This document shows, piece after piece, positions 49,323 through 59,776 of a stretch of 64,000 nt of DNA. The DNA comes from Candidatus Omnitrophota bacterium. Lineage in GTDB: Bacteria > Omnitrophota > Gorgyraeia > Gygaellales > Profunditerraquicolaceae. The stretch is taken from the NCBI GenBank assembly GCA_003598025.1, contig QZKH01000009.1, forward strand, positions 64,896 to 128,895. Reading direction: 5' to 3'. The first letter of the stretch is position 1; the number at the start of each line of letters is the position of its first letter. The notes below the pieces were generated by a model. That model made no database searches. It saw only the letters and a list, made by a program, of their open reading frames with translations, and was not told the origin of the DNA. Position numbers and translations under genes: made by a program.

Positions 49323-50513
49323 TTATCCTTCTATAGCTAAAATTGTCACTGTTTGATTATGAGAGTAGACCTTGCCTAGATATCCTATAGCTTTCATCGG
49401 GGCCTGCTCTCCGTATGTATAGATACCAGCTATTATTGTATTTTGTGTAAAATGGTTTTTTATAATCTCAATCTCTCCGATGGCATCCCTCTTTAAAAGC
49501 ATGTACCTGGATATCGAGTCAAATACTAAAGCGAGGTTTGCCTGTTTATTCAGCAGCCCCTTTTTTGCTTCTTCAGCTGCCTGTTGAGTTGCCAGAAGGC
49601 ATGATTCTTTTGTCCCGATCATTAATCGTATTTGGCTGCCCTGAGGAATATCTCCCTGCAATATTATTGAGCCGTCATTTTCTACTGAGAGAATGTTTCT
49701 AAGTAGATACTCTTCTCTCCCGGATATATATATCCCAATAGGATACAGGACTGATATACGGTTTAAATCTATTTTTAGTTTTTTAATTTTCGCAGCAAGA
49801 TAATCTTCATAAAGTTCTACTGCCGGCCGAGAATCGATCTCATAAACGATATTGCCTGTGGACCTGGTTACAGAGCGCATTTTCCCAAGGGGTTTCCAGC
49901 CGTGTTTTACTCCCAGCCCAAAATTTAATTTACCTCCCCAGAGAATGCCGCATGCCGCTTCTGATAAAACCTGGTCTTCAAATATGATCGGAGTTTTCTT
50001 AAATTCCAGATTATCTGAAGCCGAAGCCCCGACTATGGGGAAACTTTTGCCTAGTTTCTGCTGCATCCCTAAAATTATGTCTTGCTTTTCTCCGATCAGC
50101 CCGTCAGAAAAAACCAACCCCAAATCTCTTCTAATACCCTTAAAGCCGTAAAGCAGCTTTTCTGCGAATTGATCTCCTGCCTGTATCAGCGGCCTTGATT
50201 TTAAGTCTTTTATAAAGGCAGTATTAAAATATGTCCCTTCAGAAAATTTTATCAATAGTATAATTATACCATGTTTAAATATGCCCTCGTTAGAAATAAT
50301 TGCAGCCCCGCAACATCCGATTATCGGAGTTTCCGGGAGGTAGCCTTTTAATTTGGAAAGGATGAGGGGGGAGACAGCATCAATGGTTGCAAAAATAATC
50401 GCTAAATCGGCTGTTTCGCTGGTTAATTGAACTTTGGCATGCTGCAAAGCCTCATAAGCAGATTCTAAAGCGGAGCTATGCGTACCTAGGCCTACGCCGA
50501 TTTTTATCGCCAT
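49323..50513 (-). CDS. FIST domain (NosP-like) sensor
   Basis: IIGCCGA, PIVGASASD, HGWKPLG, YEIDSRPA, GIYTYGEQ, HNQT. Confidence 0.9.
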   Translation of the reverse strand: MAIKIGVGLGTHSSALESAYEALQHAKVQLTSETADLAIIFATIDAVSPLILSKLKGYLPETPIIGCCGAAIISNEGIFKHGIIILLIKFSEGTYFNTAFIKDLKSRPLIQAGDQFAEKLLYGFKGIRRDLGLVFSDGLIGEKQDIILGMQQKLGKSFPIVGASASDNLEFKKTPIIFEDQVLSEAACGILWGGKLNFGLGVKHGWKPLGKMRSVTRSTGNIVYEIDSRPAVELYEDYLAAKIKKLKIDLNRISVLYPIGIYISGREEYLLRNILSVENDGSIILQGDIPQGSQIRLMIGTKESCLLATQQAAEEAKKGLLNKQANLALVFDSISRYMLLKRDAIGEIEIIKNHFTQNTIIAGIYTYGEQAPMKAIGYLGKVYSHNQTVTILAIEG

Positions 50514-50686
50514 TTGAATATTCGATTAAAGATATATTAAATCAGTAAAAATAAGCCAGATATATAACCAATATACAACAATTATTTATAATTTCAATAT
50601 AATATTAAGGGTAAATAGATTAAAAAATTAATCGTTGACTAACTAAGGTTATATAGTAAAATATTTTAAATATTTAAGAAACCTCT

Positions 50687-50761
50687 GGCCCCATCGTCTA
50701 GCCTGGTCTAGGACAAATGGTTCTCAGCCATTAGACACCGGTTCAAATCCGGTTGGGGCTA
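50687..50761 (+). tRNA. tRNA-Glu(CTC), CCA not encoded
   Basis: GGCCCCA/TGGGGCT acceptor, AATGG-TTCTCAG-CCATT, GGTTCAAATCC. Confidence 0.95.
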
Positions 50762-50914
50762 TTGATGTTACACACATTGAGCAGTTAAAATATGGTTTTA
50801 TTATGCGCCTCAGGTATCTCAATAGCTTTGGATTCTTAGGCAGAGTGTGTAATTTTGAAAAATTCTCTTGCAATTTTCTGGATTAATGATAAAAATAAAG
50901 AATAAAAAGGAGGT

Positions 50915-51163
50915 TTGATGCGGGAACATTTAGGATTTTTAAAGCTTTCCAGCGCAGTTGTAAAGATTGCTGCCTGGATTTTTTTGTTTCTGGGAGCCAT
51001 AGGAGGGTTATCTATACTTCTTGGTTTTTCGCCTTCAGGCCAGCCGAGATGGATGGGATTATTTGTTTTGGCTATCTATGCATTCCTGTTTTTCTTTTTA
51101 TTCGTAATCGCCAAGATAGCTGATTTGATGACCAAGATAATTAACGAAATCAAGAAAGAATAA
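50915..51163 (+). CDS. Small 2-TM membrane protein
   Basis: AGGAGG RBS, two hydrophobic helices. Confidence 0.7.
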   Translation: MMREHLGFLKLSSAVVKIAAWIFLFLGAIGGLSILLGFSPSGQPRWMGLFVLAIYAFLFFFLFVIAKIADLMTKIINEIKKE

Positions 51164-51179
51164 AATTCAGGAGGCTAAA

Positions 51180-52124
51180 ATGAGAAGTGTTATATCCGGC
51201 GCTTTGAGGAATTATCTTTTTCTGACTATTATGTTTCTGGCTGTTTCTGTTCTTGGATGCGACAAGCTGGGTCTTCCGTCTAAGAAGCCTCAAAATAAGA
51301 GGAGCACGGAACCGGTTGCAATGGTAACCGGTACGGTTATCGCCAATGTTAATAATTTACCCATTACTCTTGAAGATTTAGACCGGGAAATAGCTGCTTA
51401 TAACGAACTCATGGAAGCAAACGGGGCTCCGGAATCAAAGATTTCTAATCGCGATGCGAAGATAGATTATTTGAGGAACGATATGGTCAGGCGCGCGTTG
51501 CTGTATCAGGAAGCCCTTGATAGAGGTATGGATAAGAAGTCTGAAGTCAGAAGGATCCTTGAAAGGACCAAAAAAGACCTCCTTGTTGCTGAATTAGTAA
51601 GGGCGGAAACAGAAAATATAGATGTAAGCGCAAAAGAGATAGAGGACTATTATAATAGTTCCAAGAAGATAGGAAGGTCTCTTTTTTATGAAATCGTCAT
51701 TCCCGAGGAAAAGCAAGTCAGAGAAATCATCCTGCCAAGCGAATCCGAAGCAAGAGATATTTTGATACAACTTCTGCAGGGTGCGGATTTTGCAGCGTTG
51801 GCTAAAGAACGTTCAAAAGCTAAGAGCGCAAGTAACGGAGGAGACCTGGGGTTTGTGGCTCCGGGTAGCAAGTTCGCAGAGTTTGATACGGTAGTAGGTA
51901 TGCTTGATGTAGGCAAGGTTAGCAGTATTTTTAAAGGTCCCGATGGATACTATATTATAAAGATAGAAGCAAAGCGCGGAGGCGCGGAAAGATCCTTGTC
52001 AGAAATGTGGGAGAATTTAAAGAAAGAAATCACTTATATAAAGCAGCAGCAAAAACTTGAACAGTTGATTGAGGCGTTGAATAAAAATGCCAAGATTGAG
52101 GTTTATGAAGGAGTAATAAAATAA
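51180..52124 (+). CDS. PrsA/SurA-like parvulin PPIase lipoprotein
   Basis: VLG-C lipobox; GADFAALAKERS, GGDLGF, GYYIIK. Confidence 0.9.
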   Translation: MRSVISGALRNYLFLTIMFLAVSVLGCDKLGLPSKKPQNKRSTEPVAMVTGTVIANVNNLPITLEDLDREIAAYNELMEANGAPESKISNRDAKIDYLRNDMVRRALLYQEALDRGMDKKSEVRRILERTKKDLLVAELVRAETENIDVSAKEIEDYYNSSKKIGRSLFYEIVIPEEKQVREIILPSESEARDILIQLLQGADFAALAKERSKAKSASNGGDLGFVAPGSKFAEFDTVVGMLDVGKVSSIFKGPDGYYIIKIEAKRGGAERSLSEMWENLKKEITYIKQQQKLEQLIEALNKNAKIEVYEGVIK

Positions 52125-53029
52125 TGCCTTTGCCAAAAATCCCCCTATCCAGGCAGCGATTAGCTTTAATCTTCGGGTTGGTCCTTGGTTTGCTGGCGAT
52201 AATAATGCTTAGAAGCTATGTAAACGATCAGAGGGTTAAAGCTGACCAGGAGGCAAGGAAAAAATTACAGATGATTCAGGCAAACCAGACCAGTGTGCTT
52301 GTCGCAAAGAAAGACCTGCCTCCGGGTACGCCGATAGACCCCGAGATGTTTGAAACCAAGATTATTTTTAACAATGAGAAGGCGCCCCGGGCAATAAATT
52401 CTCTGTCCAGGATAGAGGGTATGATTGTAGCTATCCCTATTGCCAAAGGCGAGCAGATAGTAATAGATAAACTGGTCTATGCTCGCGGTGGCGGTAGTCT
52501 TTCTGACTCAACACCTTCAGGCAAGCGGGCGATTTCTATAAATGTCGATAATATAGCTTCATTGGCAGGCATGATTAAACCTGGAAATTATGTAGATGTA
52601 ATAGCAATGGTAGCTCTGCCAATGTCTGCGGGAGAAGGCAGGACTTCTGCCCAGCCGGTAGTCATGCCTTTATTCCAGAATGTACAAATATTAGCAGTGG
52701 GACAAGAGACAAGCATGTCCCCGCAAATAAGCTCAAGCTCCAGATATGGTAAAGAAGAAAAAAGGGATGTATCTTCTATTGTGACGCTGGCGCTTACTCC
52801 GCAGGAGGCCAATATACTATCTTTTGTGCAGGAACAGGGTAAGATTAGGCTGGTTTTGCGTTCTCCTTCAGACTCGAAGGAAGAGCCTATCCGCCCGGTG
52901 AGCTGGGATACGGTTTTTCAATATTTGATGCCACAGCAGGACAGAAAGAATGTGCCGGTAGAAAAACCCAAGCCTACCGTTGAAATTTATAGGGGCTCAA
53001 CTAGAGACGTTGTTACTTTATCTGATTAG
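52124..53029 (+). CDS. cpaB: Flp pilus assembly protein CpaB/RcpC
   Basis: SAF domain (VLVAKKDLPPG), GKRAISI, AGMIKPGNYVDV, VTLALTPQEA. Confidence 0.92.
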   Translation: MPLPKIPLSRQRLALIFGLVLGLLAIIMLRSYVNDQRVKADQEARKKLQMIQANQTSVLVAKKDLPPGTPIDPEMFETKIIFNNEKAPRAINSLSRIEGMIVAIPIAKGEQIVIDKLVYARGGGSLSDSTPSGKRAISINVDNIASLAGMIKPGNYVDVIAMVALPMSAGEGRTSAQPVVMPLFQNVQILAVGQETSMSPQISSSSRYGKEEKRDVSSIVTLALTPQEANILSFVQEQGKIRLVLRSPSDSKEEPIRPVSWDTVFQYLMPQQDRKNVPVEKPKPTVEIYRGSTRDVVTLSD

Positions 53030-53045
53030 AGATTAAGGAGACATA

Positions 53046-54635
53046 ATGAATAAAAGAAGACTTTGCAAGGGCTTTATGATGCTGAGTTTATTTTTGCTCG
53101 GCTTGAATTCAGTTATTTCAGCAGCCGAAGTCAAATTATATATGGGCGAGACAAAGGTTTTGGCTGTCAGCAGCCCTACCAGAATTGCTATCGGTAACCC
53201 TTCTGTTGCAGATGTCTCCAATGTCAACTCAAACAGCATAACCTTAGTCCCTAAAGGACTGGGCTCTACGTCGCTGGTGCTCTGGGATATATACGGAGAG
53301 CAGGCATACACTTTAAGGGTGCTCCCTGAGAATATAGATTATGCTAAAAAGCGGATTGATGAGCTGCTTAAGTCTTTGAATCTTCCTGAAGTTTATACTA
53401 AGTCGGAAGAAGATGAGGGCCGGATTTTATTGCTAGGCAGGGTCAAAACTCCTCAGGATAGGGAGAGAATAAGCGTTTTGTTGGGCGCTCTCAAGGATAA
53501 AACAATAGATCTCTTAGAAGTTAGAGAAGAAGAAGCCGTTATTGAAATAGATGTGCAGGTTTTAGAGCTTAATAAGGATGCAACAAAGGCTTTGGGGTTG
53601 ACAAACCCGCTTAGTACTCAGGACGGATACAGCATCACTGAAGTAGGCTCTCCAGGATTAACAGGGGCAAAATGGTCAGAGCTGTTTAAAGTCCTAAGCC
53701 TTAAGCGTACCACAGCTTTTAATTGGACGCTTTTCGCTTTGGTCCAAGAAGGCAAAGCCAGGATATTATCTAGGCCAAGATTAGCTTGCCAGAGCGGGAA
53801 AGAAGCAGAGCTTTTAGTCGGAGGGGAGAAGCCGATATTTACTACGCAGGTTGCTTCTGCCGGAGGGCAGGGGACAGAAGTAGAATATAAAGAATATGGG
53901 ATTAAACTCAAGATAAAGCCTACTATCAGCGAGGAGAAAAGAGTAAAGTTAGCCTTGAATGTTGAAGTAAGCGAGGTTGGTGATGCGGAAATAATCGGCT
54001 CAGTAGAAGCCCCTACTGCAAAAGCTTTCCCCTTGACCAAGAGGACAGCGTCTACAGAGTTATTTTTAGATGATGGGCAGACGATGGCAATCGGTGGTTT
54101 GATTAAGAGCAAGAGTGAAGAGGATTATACCAAAACACCCGGCCTTGCAGATATCCCGATATTCGGCATGATGTTTAGGAAAAAAAGCGGTAAAGTCGGA
54201 GGCGGCACAGGGGAAAGAGGAGATAGTGAATTATACATTACTTTAACTCCAAAAGTTATTAGCGAAAAAATTCCCGCCAAAAAATCAGATAACGATAACA
54301 AGAATATTGCCAGTAGCGATCAATCAGCAGGCGTTGAGCCTACATCTACCGAAGGGGTCTATGCAGGCTTAGTGCAACAGCGTATATTAAAGAAAATATC
54401 TTATCCGCTTTCTGCAAAGAAAGCCGGTTTCCAGGGTACGGTGAGGCTCAGTCTTATTATTTCCTATCAGGGTGAATTGCTCGGTGCCACGATTAAGGAT
54501 TCTTCGGGTTACAGAGTGCTTGATGAAAATGCTATCGCAGCGGCCAGGAGCGTTTCTTCTTATCCGCCATTTCCTTCATCCATAGATTCGGAAGAAATAG
54601 AGATTGAAGTCCCGATAGTCTACCAGCTAAACTAA
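53046..54635 (+). CDS. cpaC: Tad secretin CpaC/RcpA fused to a C-terminal TonB_C domain
   Basis: IAIGNPSVADV; SRPRL..SGKEA..GGE.P, YGIKLKIKP, GGLI; then YPLSAKKAGFQGTV..SSGYRVLDENA. Confidence 0.9.
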   Translation: MNKRRLCKGFMMLSLFLLGLNSVISAAEVKLYMGETKVLAVSSPTRIAIGNPSVADVSNVNSNSITLVPKGLGSTSLVLWDIYGEQAYTLRVLPENIDYAKKRIDELLKSLNLPEVYTKSEEDEGRILLLGRVKTPQDRERISVLLGALKDKTIDLLEVREEEAVIEIDVQVLELNKDATKALGLTNPLSTQDGYSITEVGSPGLTGAKWSELFKVLSLKRTTAFNWTLFALVQEGKARILSRPRLACQSGKEAELLVGGEKPIFTTQVASAGGQGTEVEYKEYGIKLKIKPTISEEKRVKLALNVEVSEVGDAEIIGSVEAPTAKAFPLTKRTASTELFLDDGQTMAIGGLIKSKSEEDYTKTPGLADIPIFGMMFRKKSGKVGGGTGERGDSELYITLTPKVISEKIPAKKSDNDNKNIASSDQSAGVEPTSTEGVYAGLVQQRILKKISYPLSAKKAGFQGTVRLSLIISYQGELLGATIKDSSGYRVLDENAIAAARSVSSYPPFPSSIDSEEIEIEVPIVYQLN

Positions 54636-54636
54636 T

Positions 54637-56790
54637 ATGTCAAAAGTCATAGCTTTATTCAGTACAAAAGGCGGCGTAGGCAAGACATTAATCGCAGCTA
54701 ACCTTGCCGTAAGCCTTTTTAAGGATTATTCTAAGAAAGTATTGCTTGTAGACCTTGACCTTCATGTCGTCGGAGATATGGCCAGGATGCTGGATGTAAG
54801 TCCACATCGCTCAATAGCGGATATAATCGTTCATATCAAAAAGCAGCCCGGCGACTCTGTTAAGAAGGAGAGCTATGTCTCTAAGACGTCTATAGGGGTT
54901 GATTTTCTGCCCGCAGTCCTGAAAGCCCAGCAGTCTCCGCATCTTGATGCCCAAAAATTAAAAGATATATTCGAACTTTACGATAAAGATTATGATTTTA
55001 TAATTGTAGATGTCGGCAAAAGCATAACCGACATGCTTGTTTCTACTTTAAACCAGGCAAATTTAATCCTCTTGATTGTAACCCCGGATATTCTATCTAT
55101 CTATCAGACTAAATGGACGCTGGATACCTTAAGATCTTTGCATTTCCCATATAAAATGATAAGGCTTGTCCTTAATAGGGCTGAATCTTTGGCCAGCGTC
55201 AGTTGGCAGGAAGTAAGGATTAACTTTCCGATTGATATTATTGACCAGGTACCTTCTGATGGAAGGGTGGTAGGAAATGCAGTCAACAGGGGCGTGCCGG
55301 TAGTTATCGATAATCCCAAGGCCAAGATTTCCGCGTCAATAAGGCATTTGGCATCATTATTGGTATCCAGGAATGATTATTTTATTGAACGCTCTGAAGT
55401 CAGTCAGATGAAAGTCGAAGAGGACATGCTGGAGAAACCGGCCCAGATATGGCAGGCCGAAGGCTTGACAGAGGCTTTGGGCAAACCCGAAACCCGCGAC
55501 GAGGATGATGAGATATTAAAACTTAAAAGGCGCATACACGATAGATTGATAGAGGAGCTTAATTTAAAAAGGATAGATTCAAAAGTATTCAGCGATCCTA
55601 AAAAAGCCAGGGAATTAAGAAATAAGGCAGAGATATTAGTTGCTAATCTTCTGGTTGAAGAGGCGGGTAGCTTTATTACTTCTCATGATGTGCGCAGAAA
55701 ATTGACCAAAGAGATACTCGATGAGGCCTTGGGCCTTGGCCCGCTTGAAGATTTACTTGCCGATGGCGCGATAACCGATATCATGGTCAACAATAAGGAC
55801 GAAATATATATAGAGAAAAATGGAAAAATTGAGCTTACTACCAAGAAGTTTATTTCTAATGAACAGGTAAAGACTACCATTGAAAGAATAATCGCTCCGT
55901 TAGGAAGAAGAATAGATGAATCTGTGCCGATGGTCGATGCCCGTTTGCCGGACGGCTCTCGTGTAAATGCGATAATTTCCCCGCTTTCGTTAACCGGGCC
56001 TACATTAACAATAAGAAAATTCCGCAAGGAAAGATTCACCATTGACGAGTTAATCGGTATTAAAACTTTAAGCAGGGAGATGTCGGATTTCATAAAGGCA
56101 TGCGTTTTAGCAAGAAAAAACATCATTGTTTCCGGTGGTACCGGTTCCGGTAAGACAACCATACTCAATATTCTGTCTGCTTTTATACCGGATTATGAAA
56201 GGATTGTTACTATTGAGGATGCCGCTGAATTGAAACTGCATCAGGAGCATTGGGTTCGGCTTGAGGCTAGACCGCCGAATATCGAAGGTAAAGGCGCAGT
56301 AACAATACGAGATCTTTTCCGCAACAGCTTAAGGATGAGGCCGGATAGGATCATAATTGGTGAGTGTCGCGGGCTTGAAACCATGGATATGCTACAGGCG
56401 ATGAACACCGGCCACGACGGTTCTATGACTACGCTTCACGCCAACTCAACCCATGATGTCCTGGTGAGGCTCGACTCTATGATTTTGATGTCAGGAGTTG
56501 AGTTACCAGTCAGGGCTATCAGGGAAATGGTGGCCTCAGCGTTACATGTTATTGTCCATACCGCCCGTATGTCTGATGGCTCAAGAAAGATTATAGAAAT
56601 TACCGAAGTCGCAGGAATGAGGGATGACATCCATGTTGATTTAAAAGATATATTCTCGTTTAAGCAGACCGGCATAGATAAAGAGGGGAATGTATTAGGA
56701 GATTTCCAGGCAACAGGTTACATACCGTCATTCATTGAAGAGATCAAAGTCAAAGGTATTCCTCTTTCTGAGGATATGTTTAAGATATAA
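54637..56790 (+). CDS. CpaE/TadZ-CpaF/TadA fusion ATPase
   Basis: N-terminal KGGVGKT MinD-like domain; C-terminal [30 protein letters not shown]. Confidence 0.93.
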   Translation: MSKVIALFSTKGGVGKTLIAANLAVSLFKDYSKKVLLVDLDLHVVGDMARMLDVSPHRSIADIIVHIKKQPGDSVKKESYVSKTSIGVDFLPAVLKAQQSPHLDAQKLKDIFELYDKDYDFIIVDVGKSITDMLVSTLNQANLILLIVTPDILSIYQTKWTLDTLRSLHFPYKMIRLVLNRAESLASVSWQEVRINFPIDIIDQVPSDGRVVGNAVNRGVPVVIDNPKAKISASIRHLASLLVSRNDYFIERSEVSQMKVEEDMLEKPAQIWQAEGLTEALGKPETRDEDDEILKLKRRIHDRLIEELNLKRIDSKVFSDPKKARELRNKAEILVANLLVEEAGSFITSHDVRRKLTKEILDEALGLGPLEDLLADGAITDIMVNNKDEIYIEKNGKIELTTKKFISNEQVKTTIERIIAPLGRRIDESVPMVDARLPDGSRVNAIISPLSLTGPTLTIRKFRKERFTIDELIGIKTLSREMSDFIKACVLARKNIIVSGGTGSGKTTILNILSAFIPDYERIVTIEDAAELKLHQEHWVRLEARPPNIEGKGAVTIRDLFRNSLRMRPDRIIIGECRGLETMDMLQAMNTGHDGSMTTLHANSTHDVLVRLDSMILMSGVELPVRAIREMVASALHVIVHTARMSDGSRKIIEITEVAGMRDDIHVDLKDIFSFKQTGIDKEGNVLGDFQATGYIPSFIEEIKVKGIPLSEDMFKI

Positions 56791-56803
56791 CATCACTTCC
56801 TGA

Positions 56804-57148
56804 ATGAAAATAATCAACACAACTCAAAATACAATTTTAGCAGATAAGGCTGTTTTAGCAGATAACCCTTTCTCTAGGATGAAGGGATTATTAGGCAGGA
56901 AGGCGCTTTACGATGGAGAGGCGCTGGTACTAAAACCCGCCAATTCCATTCATACATTCTTTATGCGTTTTTCCATAGATGTCATATTTTTAGGTAGAGA
57001 TAATAAGGTAGTTAAAATCATATCTCACCTTAAACCCTTTAGATTATCCCCGTTATATTTTAGTTCTTCGATTGTAATAGAGCTACCTTCAGGATACATA
57101 AAAAAAACCAATACCAAAGAATCCGATATCCTATCCATCCAGCCTTAG
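56804..57148 (+). CDS. DUF192 protein
   Basis: RMKGLLGR, SIHTFFMRFSIDVIFL, VIELPSG. Confidence 0.88.
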   Translation: MKIINTTQNTILADKAVLADNPFSRMKGLLGRKALYDGEALVLKPANSIHTFFMRFSIDVIFLGRDNKVVKIISHLKPFRLSPLYFSSSIVIELPSGYIKKTNTKESDILSIQP

Positions 57149-57822
57149 GTCCGTTTCTCCCGCTCTTCAGGGACCGTTTCTCTTGCTGACCACAAAGGTG
57201 CCCCCATAGAGCCGTATTAAACTTCTTTTAAGGTATCTAGTAGATTATTAAACTGTCCCGACATGCGATATCTTGCGCTACTATAAGGATAGCTAAAAGG
57301 AGATAAGGCAATATTGGCTCTCACGGGATTTGATTCAACATATTCGATACATTTTAAGAGGTAATCGTCACTTAGAATAGCCAAGCTTTTATATCTGCCT
57401 TGCCATAGATGGCCAACCTTTTTATATCTGCCATTATACCAAGAGGTATAAGTTAAGTTGACCTTCAACATGATTTTTGACAAAATTTTTCCGTCAACTA
57501 ATCCAAGCAGTAAATGAACATGGTTAGGCATCAGGCAATAACAGAATACCTTGAATTTGCATTCTTTCTTGTAATGCCTTAGAATGTCGAGATATTTTAC
57601 GTAGTCTGTTTCATCATGGAATATGATCTGCTTTTGATTACCCCTTGTTAAAACGTGATAAAAACACCTATCAAGCAATAATCTCTTGGGTTTTGTCATA
57701 ATTCCACCTCCAAATGATTAGACGAAAATAAGGGAGTCTATCTAACGAATTTTCTTAAATAGGGGCACTTCTATGAAGAGCAACGGAAACGGTCTGTGAA
57801 GAGCGGGAGAAACGGCCCTAAG
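57144..57822. mobile_element. RAYT element bounded by ~60-bp imperfect inverted repeats (57144-57204, 57762-57822)
   Basis: CTTAGG.CCGTTTCTCCCGCTCTTCA..GACCGTTTC..TTGCT...GTGCCCC mirrored on the other side. Confidence 0.8.
57217..57699 (-). CDS. REP-associated/IS200-like tyrosine (Y1 HUH) transposase
   Basis: YHVLTRGN, YCLMPNHVHLL, GHLWQGRY, YVESNPVRA. Confidence 0.92.
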   Translation of the reverse strand: MTKPKRLLLDRCFYHVLTRGNQKQIIFHDETDYVKYLDILRHYKKECKFKVFCYCLMPNHVHLLLGLVDGKILSKIMLKVNLTYTSWYNGRYKKVGHLWQGRYKSLAILSDDYLLKCIEYVESNPVRANIALSPFSYPYSSARYRMSGQFNNLLDTLKEV

Positions 57823-57839
57823 AAATTAGTTACTATATT

Positions 57840-57897
57840 TGTCCAATCTAAAATAATTGACAAGTTTGGACATTTATGTTATATTTAAAATGTCCAA
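57840..57897 (+). promoter_or_regulatory. Promoter overlapped by TGTCCAA repeats
   Basis: TGTCCAA 57840, TTGACA 57857, TTGGACA 57866, TATATT, TGTCCAA 57891. Confidence 0.6.
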
Positions 57898-57909
57898 TGA
57901 GAGGAATAA

Positions 57910-59523
57910 ATGGGAATAATCTATAAGCTAACCGAACAAGCTAAAAATATAGTTCTTGATGAAAAGCGCAATAATCCCAAGTTAAGCTGCAGGAAATTAG
58001 TTTTATTATTAAAAAATAAGCATAATTTAGTACTTTCCAAATCCAGCATAAATTCTATTGTTAAAGAGGCGGGTTTAAGTCAGTCAGTAGGAAGAAAACC
58101 TGCAAAAATAACTCCAAAAAAAGTTAGGCCCTCAGTACCCACCCCGAAAGAAGCAATCGTTGAAAATTCAGCTGTAATAAGCGAACCTGTTCCAATTGTA
58201 ATTGAGCCGCCCCAGGTTAAGGTTAAAGAATCTCCGGTGCTAATTGAAAATGCCGGATACGTTTTTTTAAAAATAGCCGATGATCTAATAGGCGGAGGCA
58301 GACAAATTGCATCTATAATTGCTTCAAAGCTTAATAACGTAACTACTTCTGATATAATGAGTTACAATAATTCGCTTTTATTTAGAGCATTCAATGCTAC
58401 TTCTATTTTGACAGCCATTCAAAGCCTTTCTCCCAATGAGGTAGGTTTATCTTCATATCTTGCTGATTTACAATCAGTTACGAACATTACCCCCAGGCTT
58501 ATAAAAGCGCTTACAGATGCTTTTACGCGGATAAGAGGCTATAGATTATATTTCTCCGATAATTCAACATTATTTCTTGATAGCCAATTTCGATCTGTAT
58601 GGCAGGTGCCTAACATGCCAATTGATTTTTCTCTATCATATTTAAATGCAAGCAGTTACGTTAAGAGTATCATAAATCACTATAAGAATTTTTGTATTCA
58701 ATCAGGAGCTAAAGATAACTTAATTCCTGAAGAATTCATTGATTTATGTATAGGTTTATCTAACTCCGGTAAAACATTAAAAAACATAAGCTTGTTTTCT
58801 GATAACTTAACTGAGATTGAAAATATTGCTGTTCAGCAGGAGCAGCAGCCTTTTACTCTGGTGGCTGGTTTCTGGAGCGATCAAATTAGGGGGGGAATTA
58901 AAATAAATATGGTCAAGGATTTTGAATCAGCTTTCATTGGAGAATTATCGACTCAGCTTCATATTGGTTTTGCTGATTTAGATGTTACGCAACTAACTGC
59001 AAATAAAAGAGTTAAATTAAAAGGCTACTTGATAAAATCATCCCCTAATGATAAAAGGTTCCTTGTAATCGCATCAAGCAATTATTCAGAACCATTTGAT
59101 AATCAAGGGGTTATAGTAGATTATTTAAAGCTTTGGCCAAATTATTTTGAGGGTTTTATTGACTTTAAACGAAAATATGAGGCTTTTACTTATCTGCCTG
59201 AGCCCGCAGCGAATTTTAATTTTAAAGACTTAGGGCCGAATAGCGATATAAAGGCAACCCTCAGGGAATATTTTAACGGACTTGATTTCTATGTCAGGAG
59301 ATATATTCTGCCTCCAGATTACGAAACTGAATCTTTCTCGACGATAAATGAGCATTTTTACAGCCTTAAAGCAGTTGTCATGGATAAAACAAGCCATTTC
59401 CAGCTTAAATTCCAGGTTCCCGATGGTTACAAATTTACCAGCGTAGTTAGATACGCCTGCCGCAGGGCAAATGAGCGATCAGCAATGTTTGCCGATGGTA
59501 AAAAGATATTACTTGAAATATGA
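57910..59523 (+). CDS. Large protein with N-terminal transposase-type HTH
   Basis: NPKLSCRKL...HNLVLSKSSINSIVKEAGL; late YLKLWPN..E.F motif. Confidence 0.7.
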   Translation: MGIIYKLTEQAKNIVLDEKRNNPKLSCRKLVLLLKNKHNLVLSKSSINSIVKEAGLSQSVGRKPAKITPKKVRPSVPTPKEAIVENSAVISEPVPIVIEPPQVKVKESPVLIENAGYVFLKIADDLIGGGRQIASIIASKLNNVTTSDIMSYNNSLLFRAFNATSILTAIQSLSPNEVGLSSYLADLQSVTNITPRLIKALTDAFTRIRGYRLYFSDNSTLFLDSQFRSVWQVPNMPIDFSLSYLNASSYVKSIINHYKNFCIQSGAKDNLIPEEFIDLCIGLSNSGKTLKNISLFSDNLTEIENIAVQQEQQPFTLVAGFWSDQIRGGIKINMVKDFESAFIGELSTQLHIGFADLDVTQLTANKRVKLKGYLIKSSPNDKRFLVIASSNYSEPFDNQGVIVDYLKLWPNYFEGFIDFKRKYEAFTYLPEPAANFNFKDLGPNSDIKATLREYFNGLDFYVRRYILPPDYETESFSTINEHFYSLKAVVMDKTSHFQLKFQVPDGYKFTSVVRYACRRANERSAMFADGKKILLEI

Positions 59524-59643
59524 TAAGTTAAGAAAGCGGTTTCAAAATGGCTCCCGATTAGCTTGACTAGTATATATATAAATGCTATATTTAAAATGTA
59601 AGACGGCAGCGAAAACTCCGGACAAAGATTCGGAGTCCCGACA

Positions 59644-59776
59644 TTTCGTCGGGAGGCAATTCCATTATTGGAGGTAATGGATGCGCAAAGCCACGGGACG
59701 ATGCTCGTCACAAATCAGTCTTTATCCAGTTTTTCGTTTTGGGTCGCAAACGAGAGCGTTAGCCGGGTTACCGAAA
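59644..59776 (+). ncRNA. c-di-GMP-I (GEMM) riboswitch, variant
   Basis: GGCAA..stem..GCGCAAAGCCACGGG...AGCCGGGTTACCGAA consensus blocks in the pilin operon leader. Confidence 0.8.
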
